From Marinoscillum sp. (GTDB lineage Bacteria > Bacteroidota > Bacteroidia > Cytophagales > Cyclobacteriaceae), in the NCBI GenBank assembly GCA_024305105.1, contig JAMWZA010000004.1, positions 7,876-71,875 of the forward strand: DNA of 64,000 nucleotides, in the 5' to 3' direction. This document shows, piece after piece, positions 35,301 to 45,086 of the stretch; position 1 is the first letter of the stretch, and each line of letters starts with the position of its first letter. A model generated the notes under the pieces. It was not told the origin of the DNA. It did no database searches and was given only the letters and a program-made list of their open reading frames with translations. Made by a program: the position numbers and the translations under genes.

Positions 35301-35491
35301 AATTTACCATCAATATCGGTTACTGTACCATTTTCTGGATTTGATAGATCCAAGATTACGGCGCCAGGTATAGTAGATCCATCCTCTTCATCGGTTACCT
35401 GACCACTAATTTTAGTCTGTTCTCCTTGTGCCCACAGGCTTGTGATACCCACTAGCCAGACAATCAAGAATAGTTGTAGATGCTTCTTCAT
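32396..35491 (-). CDS. susC: SusC/RagA TonB-dependent transporter
   Basis: [65 protein letters not shown]; terminal ...GANLKF. Confidence 0.97.
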   Translation of the reverse strand: [1031 protein letters not shown]

Positions 35492-35660
35492 ATGTTTAAA
35501 ATATTTAATGATCTCGTATTTAGGAGTCTCTAAAGTGACCCATGATTACATTCGTATTATTTAAAGCTTAAATTTTTGAAATAGTTACACTTTTATAGGG
35601 AAGAGATTATTCACTTTGGGGAATATATTCACCAACTTACTGCTGGCTGAACCCAATATG

Positions 35661-35742
35661 AGTAAAGAGCAAAGATCAACCTGTTATCGCCTTAGTAGTC
35701 CATTACTTTTTATCGTAATGTGGTTGATCTTTGCTCTTTACT
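35661..35742 (-). terminator. 21-bp perfect inverted repeat overlapping the stop codon of the upstream gene
   Basis: agtaaagagcaaagatcaacc (35661-35681) and ggttgatctttgctctttact (35722-35742), with a 40-nt loop containing cattac/gtaatg. Confidence 0.6.
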
Positions 35743-37420
35743 TTATAATCAACCTCAGTGTCTCCACGTTTTTCTGATGCTTAACTTGCAGTAGATAAAA
35801 TCCCTTGGGTAGATTATTAACATGGTACAAACCATTCTCCTTATCGATCCTAAATTGCTTCCCAGTCGAGTCGAAAACCATTAGCTCGTCTATCCCCTCT
35901 TGATTTGAAAGTTGAAAATAGTCACTGGTTGGGTTCGGATAAATCTGAGGCCCGGAAACGTGGAGGTTCTGAAGAATTGTTTCTTCTACTATGTTTATCT
36001 GTAATGAACCTGAGATACCATTGGCTGTCGCAGATACGGTAACTACACCTTGTTTGATTGCCTGTAAGAGGCCATCCTGGTCGATTGTAGCTTCTCCATT
36101 TTCATTAGCTACGGACCAATTTACTTCAACATTTGTTGCATTTTCAGGCTCTATTGTAGCGGACATTTGTAAGGTCTCACCTTCGATAAGAGTAACAATG
36201 TCATCCATAGAGGAAACTAGAACATTCGTTACTGGAACTACTTTTGTATAAATTTCTATTCTGTCGAGATACGGTGATTGAATTCCTTCTACGGGACTCA
36301 AAGCCAACTTATTCTCGCCAGATTTCAGTTCAACAGGCACAACAAGCAACGCACTTGATGTAGCGAAACAAAAACCTGGAGATTGAAAGGATGAGACTAT
36401 AATTGTATCATCCTCGTTGATTATGACTTCAAGTTCGGATTGGACATTGGCAAAATAACCAATCTCCAGGTTGTATATTCCATCTGTATCTACTGTAATA
36501 CTACCAAACTCTACAACTCTATCACCTTCTCCTGCATTTAGTCCGCCCATGAATATAAGACCATCGCCTGATTTATTGCCACAACCTCCGGCTGAGATAG
36601 ATACTTCGGCATTAGACAGGTCCCCCTCCTCGGCTTCAGAGCCGAAAACAAGATCCCCTTCTCTTACCACTTCAATTGCTAGAGAATCTGTAACTCCTGA
36701 ATTGTCTTGTGCTGCGGCCACCACTGTGACCATACCAGGTTTCTCTGCTGTCAGCAATCCTTCATTTGTTATAGATGCTCTCCCTATATCATTTACCACA
36801 GACCATGTGACTTCTTTTACAGCAGCATCCTCAGGAGAAACCTCAGCAGAAAATTGCAGCGTACCTCCCAAAAGGACAGCAATGGAATCATTGGACGAAG
36901 CAACAACGATAGAGTTGACGGGTTCGCCATTCGGAAGTTCAATGATTGTCACCACGTCCAGGTAAGGCGAATTAATACCCTCAACAGGGCTCAACTTCAG
37001 GTTGTTGTCTCCTTCTTTCAGCTCTATATCAAAGGTGTATTTTGCGCTTTCAGTTTCAAAGCAAAAACCAGGGGAAGCAAAATCTTTCTCGATTATAGTG
37101 TCAGTATCGTTGATAATGATCTCTAACTGAGATTCATTCTTGGCAAAATAGGTTAATTCAAAACTATATGTTCCTGCCTTGGATACGTTGATACCCGTGT
37201 AGCTGACATATCGATCACCATCACCGGATTGGTCTCCTCTCATGAAGATCAGACCTGAACCAGATTTATTGCTACAGCCTCCGGCTGAAACAGCAACACC
37301 CGCATTCGTTAGATCTCCATCCTCGGCTTCTTGAGTAAAAACAACAGTTTGTGCAAATAGTGTATTGCTAAGCGTAGCATAACACAATGCAAAAAGGACA
37401 ATTCGTAATTTTCTTATCAT
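35738..37420 (-). CDS. Secreted non-catalytic protein: two CBM6/35-like modules, two Ig-like (Big_2) domains, T9SS CTD
   Basis: EAE(D/E)G modules at aa 26-161 and 257-392; Big_2-like units (V.PE.A....VTWSV...A.I...GLL.A...G.VTV.A); C-terminal IYPNPTSD. Confidence 0.82.
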   Translation of the reverse strand: MIRKLRIVLFALCYATLSNTLFAQTVVFTQEAEDGDLTNAGVAVSAGGCSNKSGSGLIFMRGDQSGDGDRYVSYTGINVSKAGTYSFELTYFAKNESQLEIIINDTDTIIEKDFASPGFCFETESAKYTFDIELKEGDNNLKLSPVEGINSPYLDVVTIIELPNGEPVNSIVVASSNDSIAVLLGGTLQFSAEVSPEDAAVKEVTWSVVNDIGRASITNEGLLTAEKPGMVTVVAAAQDNSGVTDSLAIEVVREGDLVFGSEAEEGDLSNAEVSISAGGCGNKSGDGLIFMGGLNAGEGDRVVEFGSITVDTDGIYNLEIGYFANVQSELEVIINEDDTIIVSSFQSPGFCFATSSALLVVPVELKSGENKLALSPVEGIQSPYLDRIEIYTKVVPVTNVLVSSMDDIVTLIEGETLQMSATIEPENATNVEVNWSVANENGEATIDQDGLLQAIKQGVVTVSATANGISGSLQINIVEETILQNLHVSGPQIYPNPTSDYFQLSNQEGIDELMVFDSTGKQFRIDKENGLYHVNNLPKGFYLLQVKHQKNVETLRLIIK

Positions 37421-37616
37421 ACTTATCAGGTTTAGTTATCAATTAAACTGGGGAGTAAGTATCCCCATCATTGTTCTGATTTGAACTGTGTGATTTGTGT
37501 ATCCCAAACTTAGATTCTGAAGAACTTTCTGACGGGGTTGAATTATGCAATCAAGGGGTCTCTTGTTGCAATTGTCATTGATATTGTGTGAAATTGATCG
37601 TGAGAGGGTCTTAGAG

Positions 37617-40600
37617 CTAGACTTCTACCTTTTTCTTTTCCTTATAGTCAGATGGAAGGCATCCAAATTGTTCTTTAAAACTACGTTTGAAATACTTGTA
37701 GTCGTTGAACCCAACTTTGTAGGCTACCTGACTTAAGTTTAAGTCCTCCTTGAGGATGATGGAGGCGGCCAGCTTCAAGCGTACAGATCGAATAAATGCG
37801 GTAATGGATAGGCCTGTCAGCGATTTGATTTTACGGTAAAGAGTGGATTGGCTCATGTGGAATTCTTCCATCAATGACTCGATTCCAAAATCTTCATTGT
37901 GAACGTTGCTCTCTACCAGTGACATGGTTCTCTGCACAAATTGCTCTTCCAGGTCTGTAACTCTAGAGTCATTTGGCTCAAATCGTACTTTTTTAAGGAG
38001 ATAGTCTCTGATTTTTTTACGATTTTCAAGCTGGCTGAAAATTCTGGATTTTACAATTTCAGGATTGAAAGGCTTTTTGATATAATCATCTGCGCCCGTC
38101 TGAAGTCCGGTGACCTCATAGACCGTGGAAGTACGTGCAGTAAGTAAAATAACGGGAATATGTGAAGTAGAAATTTGAGTCTTTACAGCCTTACAGAGGG
38201 CAATTCCGTCCATTTCAGGCATCATAATGTCACTGACAATCAAATCAGGCACCTCTAAAGAAGCCGTTTCAAGGGCTTGTTTACCATTCACGGCCTTCAA
38301 AACGTGATAATCAAGTTCCAGAATAGATTCCAGATAGTGGAGAATCTCCAAATTATCATCCACAAGCAAGATGGTGTAATCCTTTTCGTCATCTCCCAGG
38401 TTGGTTGGAATATCACTGACGGCATATCTTTCCAAGTCATCACTACCCATGAAGTTATGAATTCGTTCAGATTCTGAAAACGCCGAATTTCCATTGAAAG
38501 GCAAATGAACGGTAAAAGTCGTTCCTTGAGACTCCTTACTCATTACCTCTATTCTGCCATGGTGCAGTTCAATGATATTTTTTGTAATGGTCAATCCGAT
38601 ACCTGTCCCGACGATCTTAGCTGATTTGCTTGTGTTTATCTGGTAAAATCTGTCGAAAATCCTTTCAAGATGCTCAGCGGGAATGCCTTGTCCAGAGTCG
38701 GTAACACTGACCACACATTCGTTATCACCTGACTCTACCTTCATGACTACACGATCACCCTTATCTGAATACTTCAAGGCATTGGAAAGCAAATTACAGA
38801 GTACGATTTCCATTTTATCCCGATCGAACAAAAGTTGTATATCATTTTCAGAGATAAATTTTAACTCCACTCCTTTAGATTCAGACGCTTGTTTAAATGA
38901 AAGGTATATCTCATGTGCAAAAGCCGAAAAATCTCCCATGGCTACCTGAAGTCTTAGCATTCCATTCTCTGACTTTCTAAAATCCAACAATTGTGAGATT
39001 AGATGAAGCAGACGTTTGGTATTGCGCTCTGCGCTAATCAATTTCGTGCGAATGGCATCAGGCACATTGGACAAGGCTAAAACTTCCGTTACAGGACCCA
39101 AAATTAGGGTCAGAGGAGTCCGCAGTTCATGAGAAATGTTTGTAAAAAAGGTAAGCTTAGCCTCAGTCAATTCGTGTTCTTTTTCTTTGGCAATCCTCGC
39201 TATCTCAAGATTCGACTGAAGCCGTGTTTGTTTTTGCGAAAACCTTCTGATTAGTAGAATAATGATGAATAGCACCAGATAGTAAAAGGCATAGGCGTAC
39301 CATGAAAGCCATATTGGTGGCAAAATCCTAAGCTTGAGAATACGTGCTTTACCAAAATGCTGATTATCACGTGAAGCTTGGATTTTGAGTTGGTAAGTGC
39401 CTGCAGATAAACCAGTAAAAGTGATCTCAGAGTGATTTGCATTATAGACCCACGAATCATGAGCCCCTTCCAATTGATAACGATATGTGATATTTAATGG
39501 ATCCATGTAATCATTAGGGGTAAAATGGACTGAGAAAACTACTTCTTCATGAGTAAGGGTGATTTCATCAGTGTAAACGATACTTCTGGTTATTAAAACC
39601 CTATCATTGACCAGCTCCCCCACTTTGACCAATTTACCGTCCACCGTGAGACCTGTGAGTACAACTTCCGGAGGATTGGTATTGGACGTGATTCTACTTG
39701 GGTCAAATGCGATAATTCCCTTTTGTCCGCCAAAGAAAAGAAGGCTGTTGGATCTGAACACAGCATTGATATTGAAGGCTCCGACCTGAATACCAACCCC
39801 ATGCCCATAATTCAAAAATGTTTTAGTATCCAAGGCCATTTTAGATATCCCCTGGGGAGTACTGACCCAGAGGTTTCCGGAAAAGTCTGATGTGACAGCA
39901 GAAATAAAATCACTGGATAGACCGTCACTCATATCGTAACGATCTACCTTGCTATCTTTTGGGTCAAGATGTAGTAACCCAGAGGGTGTCCCAGCCCACA
40001 GAGTTCCATCACTATGTGGATGTAGCGCGTGTATGATTACACTCAAAAACTTCTCTTTAAATAAGTCATTGTGGTGAGTAAATCGGTTATACAAAGGATT
40101 GTAAAGAAATAGTCCATTATAGGTTCCTATCCATAAATTTCCTGTAGAGTCAACTTCGATAGCACTGATTCTTTCGCCCGTCAAATCGGTATCAAACCAA
40201 TTTGCACGCTCTAATCTATTGGTATCTTTTCCACTAAATATTATCTCGGAATTGATTACTGCTAACCCATTTTGTTGGGTTCCAATCCACAAATAGCCTT
40301 GATCGTCGTAATGCAGCACCATTACTTTATATTGAGGCGATGATATTCGCTCAAACATCATTTTTCCACGAACAAGTTTTGCAATAAATAGTCCTCTGGA
40401 CGTCCCTACCAGTAAATAGTCACTTACTTCCAGAAATGCATTGACTTTTAGTGGATAAGGTTTCAACTCTACTTTTTTAAAAGAAGCTTGATGTTCACTG
40501 AACCATATCCCTCCCCGATTTCTTCCACTCCAGTAACGTCCGTAACGGTCGACATGGAAGGCATGGACGTTGTGGTCTTGATTTGACTCGTCTTCAGATA

Positions 40601-41606
40601 AGTTGTTCTCTAAATTGGTGAACCCATTTGATGGTGAGATTTTTATTATACCGGCAAATCCTGTGGCGATCCAAACCAAATTGTGGCTATCAATATGTAT
40701 GTCCAGAATAACCCCATGATTGACTCCGTTTACACCAAAATTGTCCGGTGAGAGCTTAGCGGGTGATGGAAGATCATGAGGCTTGACAACATAAACACTA
40801 CTTCCCCAACTTCCGATCCAAAGCTGCCCCTCTTTATCAAAGGCAAGACAAGTGACATAAGATTTATCCTTAAAATAGTCGTTATAACGACCTGATATTA
40901 AGCCACTTTTCGTATCAAGACAATAAACTCCTCCTTGACCTCCAAGTAGATACTGGTTCTTCACGGTATCCTTAACAATGCAATGAATATATTTTTTCTT
41001 CGGAAAGACTTGAACTTGCTTACCTGAGAGATTCCATTTACTCACGCTTGTACTGGAGACCACAAATACCTCATCGTCATCCACCAGAATATCTAAAACC
41101 CGTCCATCAAAGGGATGCTCTTTTAACGTAGAGTTTGTCGGATCTATAATGTAAAGACCCCTGCTCCATGTACCTACCCAAATCAGTCCATTGGGAGCTT
41201 CTCCTATGGACGTTACACGTACAGGAATTTCCTCATTAATCACCTGATTGAAATTGGTAAACCTGTCTTCTATTGGATCATACAAGCTCAACCCTCCGCT
41301 TTTGGTACCTACCCAAATTTTACCTCTTGAGTCCTTAAATACCGTTTCGATGTTTTCATTCTCAAGACCTGGATAATCATTTCCCGGCTTGTACAATCTA
41401 AACCCTGAACCATCAAATCTATTAAGACCTCCTTCGGTTGCAATCCATTTCAGCCCTTTATCATCTTCTATGATTTTTGACACATAGTTATTTGAAAGAC
41501 CAGATGAAACATCAATATAACTTCTGTTAGGTGATGAGACCTGCTGAGCCCAAAGGTTGTAGCAGGTCATAATCAAAAGAAGGAATATGTAACAATAAGC
41601 TCTCAA
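37617..41606 (-). CDS. Hybrid two-component system (beta-propeller sensor, Y_Y_Y, His kinase, receiver, AraC HTH)
   Basis: Reg_prop repeats (GLSNNYV, IWVGT), FFTNISHELRTPLT, NLLSNALKY, GTGIGL, PDLIVSDIMMP, GADDYIKKPF, YFKRSFKEQFG. TTG start. Confidence 0.97.
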   Translation of the reverse strand: MRAYCYIFLLLIMTCYNLWAQQVSSPNRSYIDVSSGLSNNYVSKIIEDDKGLKWIATEGGLNRFDGSGFRLYKPGNDYPGLENENIETVFKDSRGKIWVGTKSGGLSLYDPIEDRFTNFNQVINEEIPVRVTSIGEAPNGLIWVGTWSRGLYIIDPTNSTLKEHPFDGRVLDILVDDDEVFVVSSTSVSKWNLSGKQVQVFPKKKYIHCIVKDTVKNQYLLGGQGGVYCLDTKSGLISGRYNDYFKDKSYVTCLAFDKEGQLWIGSWGSSVYVVKPHDLPSPAKLSPDNFGVNGVNHGVILDIHIDSHNLVWIATGFAGIIKISPSNGFTNLENNLSEDESNQDHNVHAFHVDRYGRYWSGRNRGGIWFSEHQASFKKVELKPYPLKVNAFLEVSDYLLVGTSRGLFIAKLVRGKMMFERISSPQYKVMVLHYDDQGYLWIGTQQNGLAVINSEIIFSGKDTNRLERANWFDTDLTGERISAIEVDSTGNLWIGTYNGLFLYNPLYNRFTHHNDLFKEKFLSVIIHALHPHSDGTLWAGTPSGLLHLDPKDSKVDRYDMSDGLSSDFISAVTSDFSGNLWVSTPQGISKMALDTKTFLNYGHGVGIQVGAFNINAVFRSNSLLFFGGQKGIIAFDPSRITSNTNPPEVVLTGLTVDGKLVKVGELVNDRVLITRSIVYTDEITLTHEEVVFSVHFTPNDYMDPLNITYRYQLEGAHDSWVYNANHSEITFTGLSAGTYQLKIQASRDNQHFGKARILKLRILPPIWLSWYAYAFYYLVLFIIILLIRRFSQKQTRLQSNLEIARIAKEKEHELTEAKLTFFTNISHELRTPLTLILGPVTEVLALSNVPDAIRTKLISAERNTKRLLHLISQLLDFRKSENGMLRLQVAMGDFSAFAHEIYLSFKQASESKGVELKFISENDIQLLFDRDKMEIVLCNLLSNALKYSDKGDRVVMKVESGDNECVVSVTDSGQGIPAEHLERIFDRFYQINTSKSAKIVGTGIGLTITKNIIELHHGRIEVMSKESQGTTFTVHLPFNGNSAFSESERIHNFMGSDDLERYAVSDIPTNLGDDEKDYTILLVDDNLEILHYLESILELDYHVLKAVNGKQALETASLEVPDLIVSDIMMPEMDGIALCKAVKTQISTSHIPVILLTARTSTVYEVTGLQTGADDYIKKPFNPEIVKSRIFSQLENRKKIRDYLLKKVRFEPNDSRVTDLEEQFVQRTMSLVESNVHNEDFGIESLMEEFHMSQSTLYRKIKSLTGLSITAFIRSVRLKLAASIILKEDLNLSQVAYKVGFNDYKYFKRSFKEQFGCLPSDYKEKKKVEV

Positions 41607-41631
41607 ATACGACTGGTTTTATATCAGGGGG

Positions 41632-43188
41632 TTATGGCATGATGCCACGCTCACTTCGCTGCTTAATCTCTTCAATCTTGTTTTTCATTTCACTTAAAAG
41701 TTCGGGATACTCATTTGCTATATTGTGTGATTCATTGACATCTAAGGACAAATTATAGAGCTGCTCATCACGAGAAAGTCCCGACTCTACTTGTTTGTTA
41801 TTTATCCATGTGGGAAGTTGTTTCCCCTCAAGAGGAGAAATATATTTCCAATTATTCTTTCTTAAAGATAATGTAAACGACTCTTCCAACATGAATGTAC
41901 GTCCTTTACTTTCACCCATAAGTGTTTCCAAAAGTCCCTGACTATCTATGGCTTCTGTGTTTGCAAGCTGCTGACCGGTGAGTTGAGCTAGTGAAGCATA
42001 GATATCCACCTGAGATATTAGAGCGTTATTGATTTTTGGTTCATTGATTTTAGAAGGAAAGGAGACAATCATAGGTACTCTGGTTCCCGCTTCGAATGCA
42101 CTGTACTTACCCCCTCTGTAGGCTCCACCAGGACTGTGACTTCCCAGCATTTCTACAGCGAGATCTTCATAACCATCATTAAGTACTGGGCCGTTATCAC
42201 TCGTGAAAATAATCAGGGTATTTTCAGCAACCCCCAGTTCATCCAGACTTCTCATTACTTCCCCAGTCATCCAATCCATCTGCGCTATGGCATCTCCTCT
42301 GACACCCATCTCGCTTTTGCCTTTGAATCGTTCGTGAGGCAATCGAGGAACATGTATATCGTGAAAAGAGAAAAACAGGAAGAAAGGTTGGTCTTTTGAG
42401 GTCTCGATAAACTCTTTAGCTTTTCCAGTGAACACGTCAGGAAAATCCTCATCTACCCAAACTGCTGACTGTCCACCCCCCATAGTTCCTATCCTGCTCA
42501 CGCCATTTATAATCGTCTGACTATGCTGAGTATCCGCTTTCACCCGGAGCAGATCCGGACGTTCAAGTCCTGTTGGTCGATCACCCACCTTTTCTTCGTA
42601 ACTCACTACCAGGGGATCATTCGAAGACAGATTAACTACCCTGTGGTTTTCCAAATACACTGTAGGAACCCGATCTCCTGTAGCTGGAAGCAGGAAACTG
42701 TAATCAAAACCTACTTCGAGAGGTCCTGGTTTTACCTGATCGTTCCAGTCCACATCTCCTAAACCCAAACCAAGGTGCCATTTTCCAACTACTGCAGTAC
42801 GATACCCTGCTTGTTGTAGCATAGCAGGGAGTGTGGGTCTATCCATATTTATTAATAGTGGTGCATCCCCCGGCAGGATAGCTGCATTGCTTCTGAAGGC
42901 ATATTCTCCTGTGAGTAAAGAATACCGAGAAGGTGTACAAGTGGCCGCCGTAGAGTGTGCATCTGTGAACTGAATACCATTAGTTGCCAACCGGTCTACC
43001 GCTGGGGTTTTGACCCCCTGAGCACCGTAACATCCCAGATCTCCGTATCCAAGATCATCCACATAAAAAATAACAATATTGGGTAAATCAGGAGAGCTAG
43101 ATTCCCTGGTGGGAGAACTAGGTTGATTACTACATGAGTAAAAAAATAATGCGATTGTAAATAAAACAAAAAGTGATAAGTTTTTCAT
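41632..43188 (-). CDS. S1 arylsulfatase (S1_15-like), probable lipoprotein
   Basis: VDDLGYGD, CTPSRYSLLTG, GKWHLG, TGDRVP, DIHVPR; lipobox FYSC. The subfamily call is from recalled motifs. Confidence 0.92.
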   Translation of the reverse strand: MKNLSLFVLFTIALFFYSCSNQPSSPTRESSSPDLPNIVIFYVDDLGYGDLGCYGAQGVKTPAVDRLATNGIQFTDAHSTAATCTPSRYSLLTGEYAFRSNAAILPGDAPLLINMDRPTLPAMLQQAGYRTAVVGKWHLGLGLGDVDWNDQVKPGPLEVGFDYSFLLPATGDRVPTVYLENHRVVNLSSNDPLVVSYEEKVGDRPTGLERPDLLRVKADTQHSQTIINGVSRIGTMGGGQSAVWVDEDFPDVFTGKAKEFIETSKDQPFFLFFSFHDIHVPRLPHERFKGKSEMGVRGDAIAQMDWMTGEVMRSLDELGVAENTLIIFTSDNGPVLNDGYEDLAVEMLGSHSPGGAYRGGKYSAFEAGTRVPMIVSFPSKINEPKINNALISQVDIYASLAQLTGQQLANTEAIDSQGLLETLMGESKGRTFMLEESFTLSLRKNNWKYISPLEGKQLPTWINNKQVESGLSRDEQLYNLSLDVNESHNIANEYPELLSEMKNKIEEIKQRSERGIMP

Positions 43189-43305
43189 GTTTGGTGCTTG
43201 CTGATAAATTAATCTGTCGGATGAAAAATAAGTCTACAATTCCGGTCAAAAATAAAGTAGTAGGCATGTAGCAGGGGTCACGCTCTGGTCACTATGGGGG
43301 ACAGA

Positions 43306-44985
43306 TCATTCAGAAAAAGACTCCTGCCATTCAATAGCTCCTATATCAGGGAGGTTGTCTATTGGATTACCCAAAATATCCTGTGATACATTAAGGCCAT
43401 CCTTCAAGCCTATGGCGTCCCCCGGAATTCGATGTATTTCGATACCCTTATTTGAAATCTTAGCCCCTTTTTTAGGTATAAAGGAATTCAGCCGTGTGCT
43501 CACAATACCAAACATATCTGCATCAATAATTGGTTCAGAATCCTGAATAGGGGCTGTCGATGGCCAACTATCTGCTTGCTGGTAAAGGTTGTTACTGAAG
43601 ATCACTGAATTACCTTCATTGTGTGTACTTGAATTCCACTTACTTTGATCATCCATGACCAATCTGGATTTACCAACATAAAATATGTTGTTGGCAATAA
43701 GTATCCCTGAGGCTGTAGGACTGATGGCTATCTTAGATTCGATTGAATCGCTCAAATAAATTGTGTTATTGTAGAAGTAGGTATTATATGGGCCTACACG
43801 TTCCTGATTATTACCTACATAACCACTCAACCAAAATATTTTACCATCCTGAAAGGCTCCATCTATTCCTTTTTGCCGACTGCCATCATTAAAACTAATA
43901 TTGTACCTGTACGCACAGTTTCGATTATTCCCAAGAACTTCACAGAAACCACCGGCATTGAAAGCACTGAAATTATATTGGAGAATAACATCTTTACAAT
44001 TGAAGTCAATGTGAGCTCCAGCTGAATCACCAGGACCCTGGGCGTACATTAGATGGTTATGTTCTATGAGAGCAGTGTGAGTGCCCCAAGTCCATAGACC
44101 ACTACCGCGCCCCCACATCCTACCATCCTCACTATTTCCTGAATGACTCACGTAGTTTCTTGCCACGTACAAATCCTCTACAAGGCTAAACTGCAAGCCA
44201 GGTCCGCCGACCCTTTTCACACTGCAATTGGTCACTTGGACATCACGGATTTTTTCTTTACCTCCAGTAAATTTTATACCAGTATGGGCTACATTCTCTA
44301 CAACGCATCCTTCGATTGCGACATGTGCAATCGAGGCTCCTTCTTTGTTGCTAATAACCCTTATTCCCCAACCGTAGGCTTGTGTGCCATTAGCTGTTTG
44401 TACTTCCTTTTTTCCTCTCTTCAATCCTGGGTTGTGATAAAAGATGTTCCTTATGTGCAAATTACGCATTTTAATGTGACTTGTCGATTGAGCTCCTGTT
44501 GCTTCTACCTTAATACCACATCGCATTCCCTCATCGTTACCTCTTCCCCCATCGGCTTGAACTCGAAGAGATTCTACAAGGATGTAGCTACAATTAATTA
44601 GGTGAATTCCATTAGAAAACGACAGGGCATCTACTGTGGCTAATGAGTCTGCCGTTTTCTCAGGAAAATAACTGGTCAATCGTATCGGAGCATTGGCATT
44701 TCCATGCATATCCTTTAGTACGATTGCTCCATGATACATCTGTCCTGCGGCCAGCATTATGTTATCTCCCGGATTCAGAGATAGGTCTTGCAGGTTTGAA
44801 AGCGTTTGCCATGGAGCACCTTCGGTTCCAGGATTCCTATCAGATCCTGCTTCACTATGGATATAATAGTCCGTGCAATATGAGTAATAGTGCCAAATTA
44901 GAAATGTAAGTACGAATAGAAAGCGCATCTTTTTTTTAACAAAAGTCCTACTTCGGGTATTAAAGTGCGGGGACGTATTGATCAT
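43306..44985 (-). CDS. Right-handed parallel beta-helix protein, unclassified (putative GH/PL)
   Basis: Repeating N/C ladder strands; N-terminal YYI...GSD.NPG...PWQTL; motif GPGDSAGAHIDF...QYN...GGFCEVLGNN. Likely start MRFLF at 44928. Confidence 0.8.
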   Translation of the reverse strand: MINTSPHFNTRSRTFVKKKMRFLFVLTFLIWHYYSYCTDYYIHSEAGSDRNPGTEGAPWQTLSNLQDLSLNPGDNIMLAAGQMYHGAIVLKDMHGNANAPIRLTSYFPEKTADSLATVDALSFSNGIHLINCSYILVESLRVQADGGRGNDEGMRCGIKVEATGAQSTSHIKMRNLHIRNIFYHNPGLKRGKKEVQTANGTQAYGWGIRVISNKEGASIAHVAIEGCVVENVAHTGIKFTGGKEKIRDVQVTNCSVKRVGGPGLQFSLVEDLYVARNYVSHSGNSEDGRMWGRGSGLWTWGTHTALIEHNHLMYAQGPGDSAGAHIDFNCKDVILQYNFSAFNAGGFCEVLGNNRNCAYRYNISFNDGSRQKGIDGAFQDGKIFWLSGYVGNNQERVGPYNTYFYNNTIYLSDSIESKIAISPTASGILIANNIFYVGKSRLVMDDQSKWNSSTHNEGNSVIFSNNLYQQADSWPSTAPIQDSEPIIDADMFGIVSTRLNSFIPKKGAKISNKGIEIHRIPGDAIGLKDGLNVSQDILGNPIDNLPDIGAIEWQESFSE

Positions 44986-45086
44986 TACAATGGTGTATTT
45001 TGGTCAAATGTTTGGCTAGTAACAAATCTGCATCTATCACAAACAACTTATCTTCATTCCATTTATAAGATCAATTACTCATAGTA

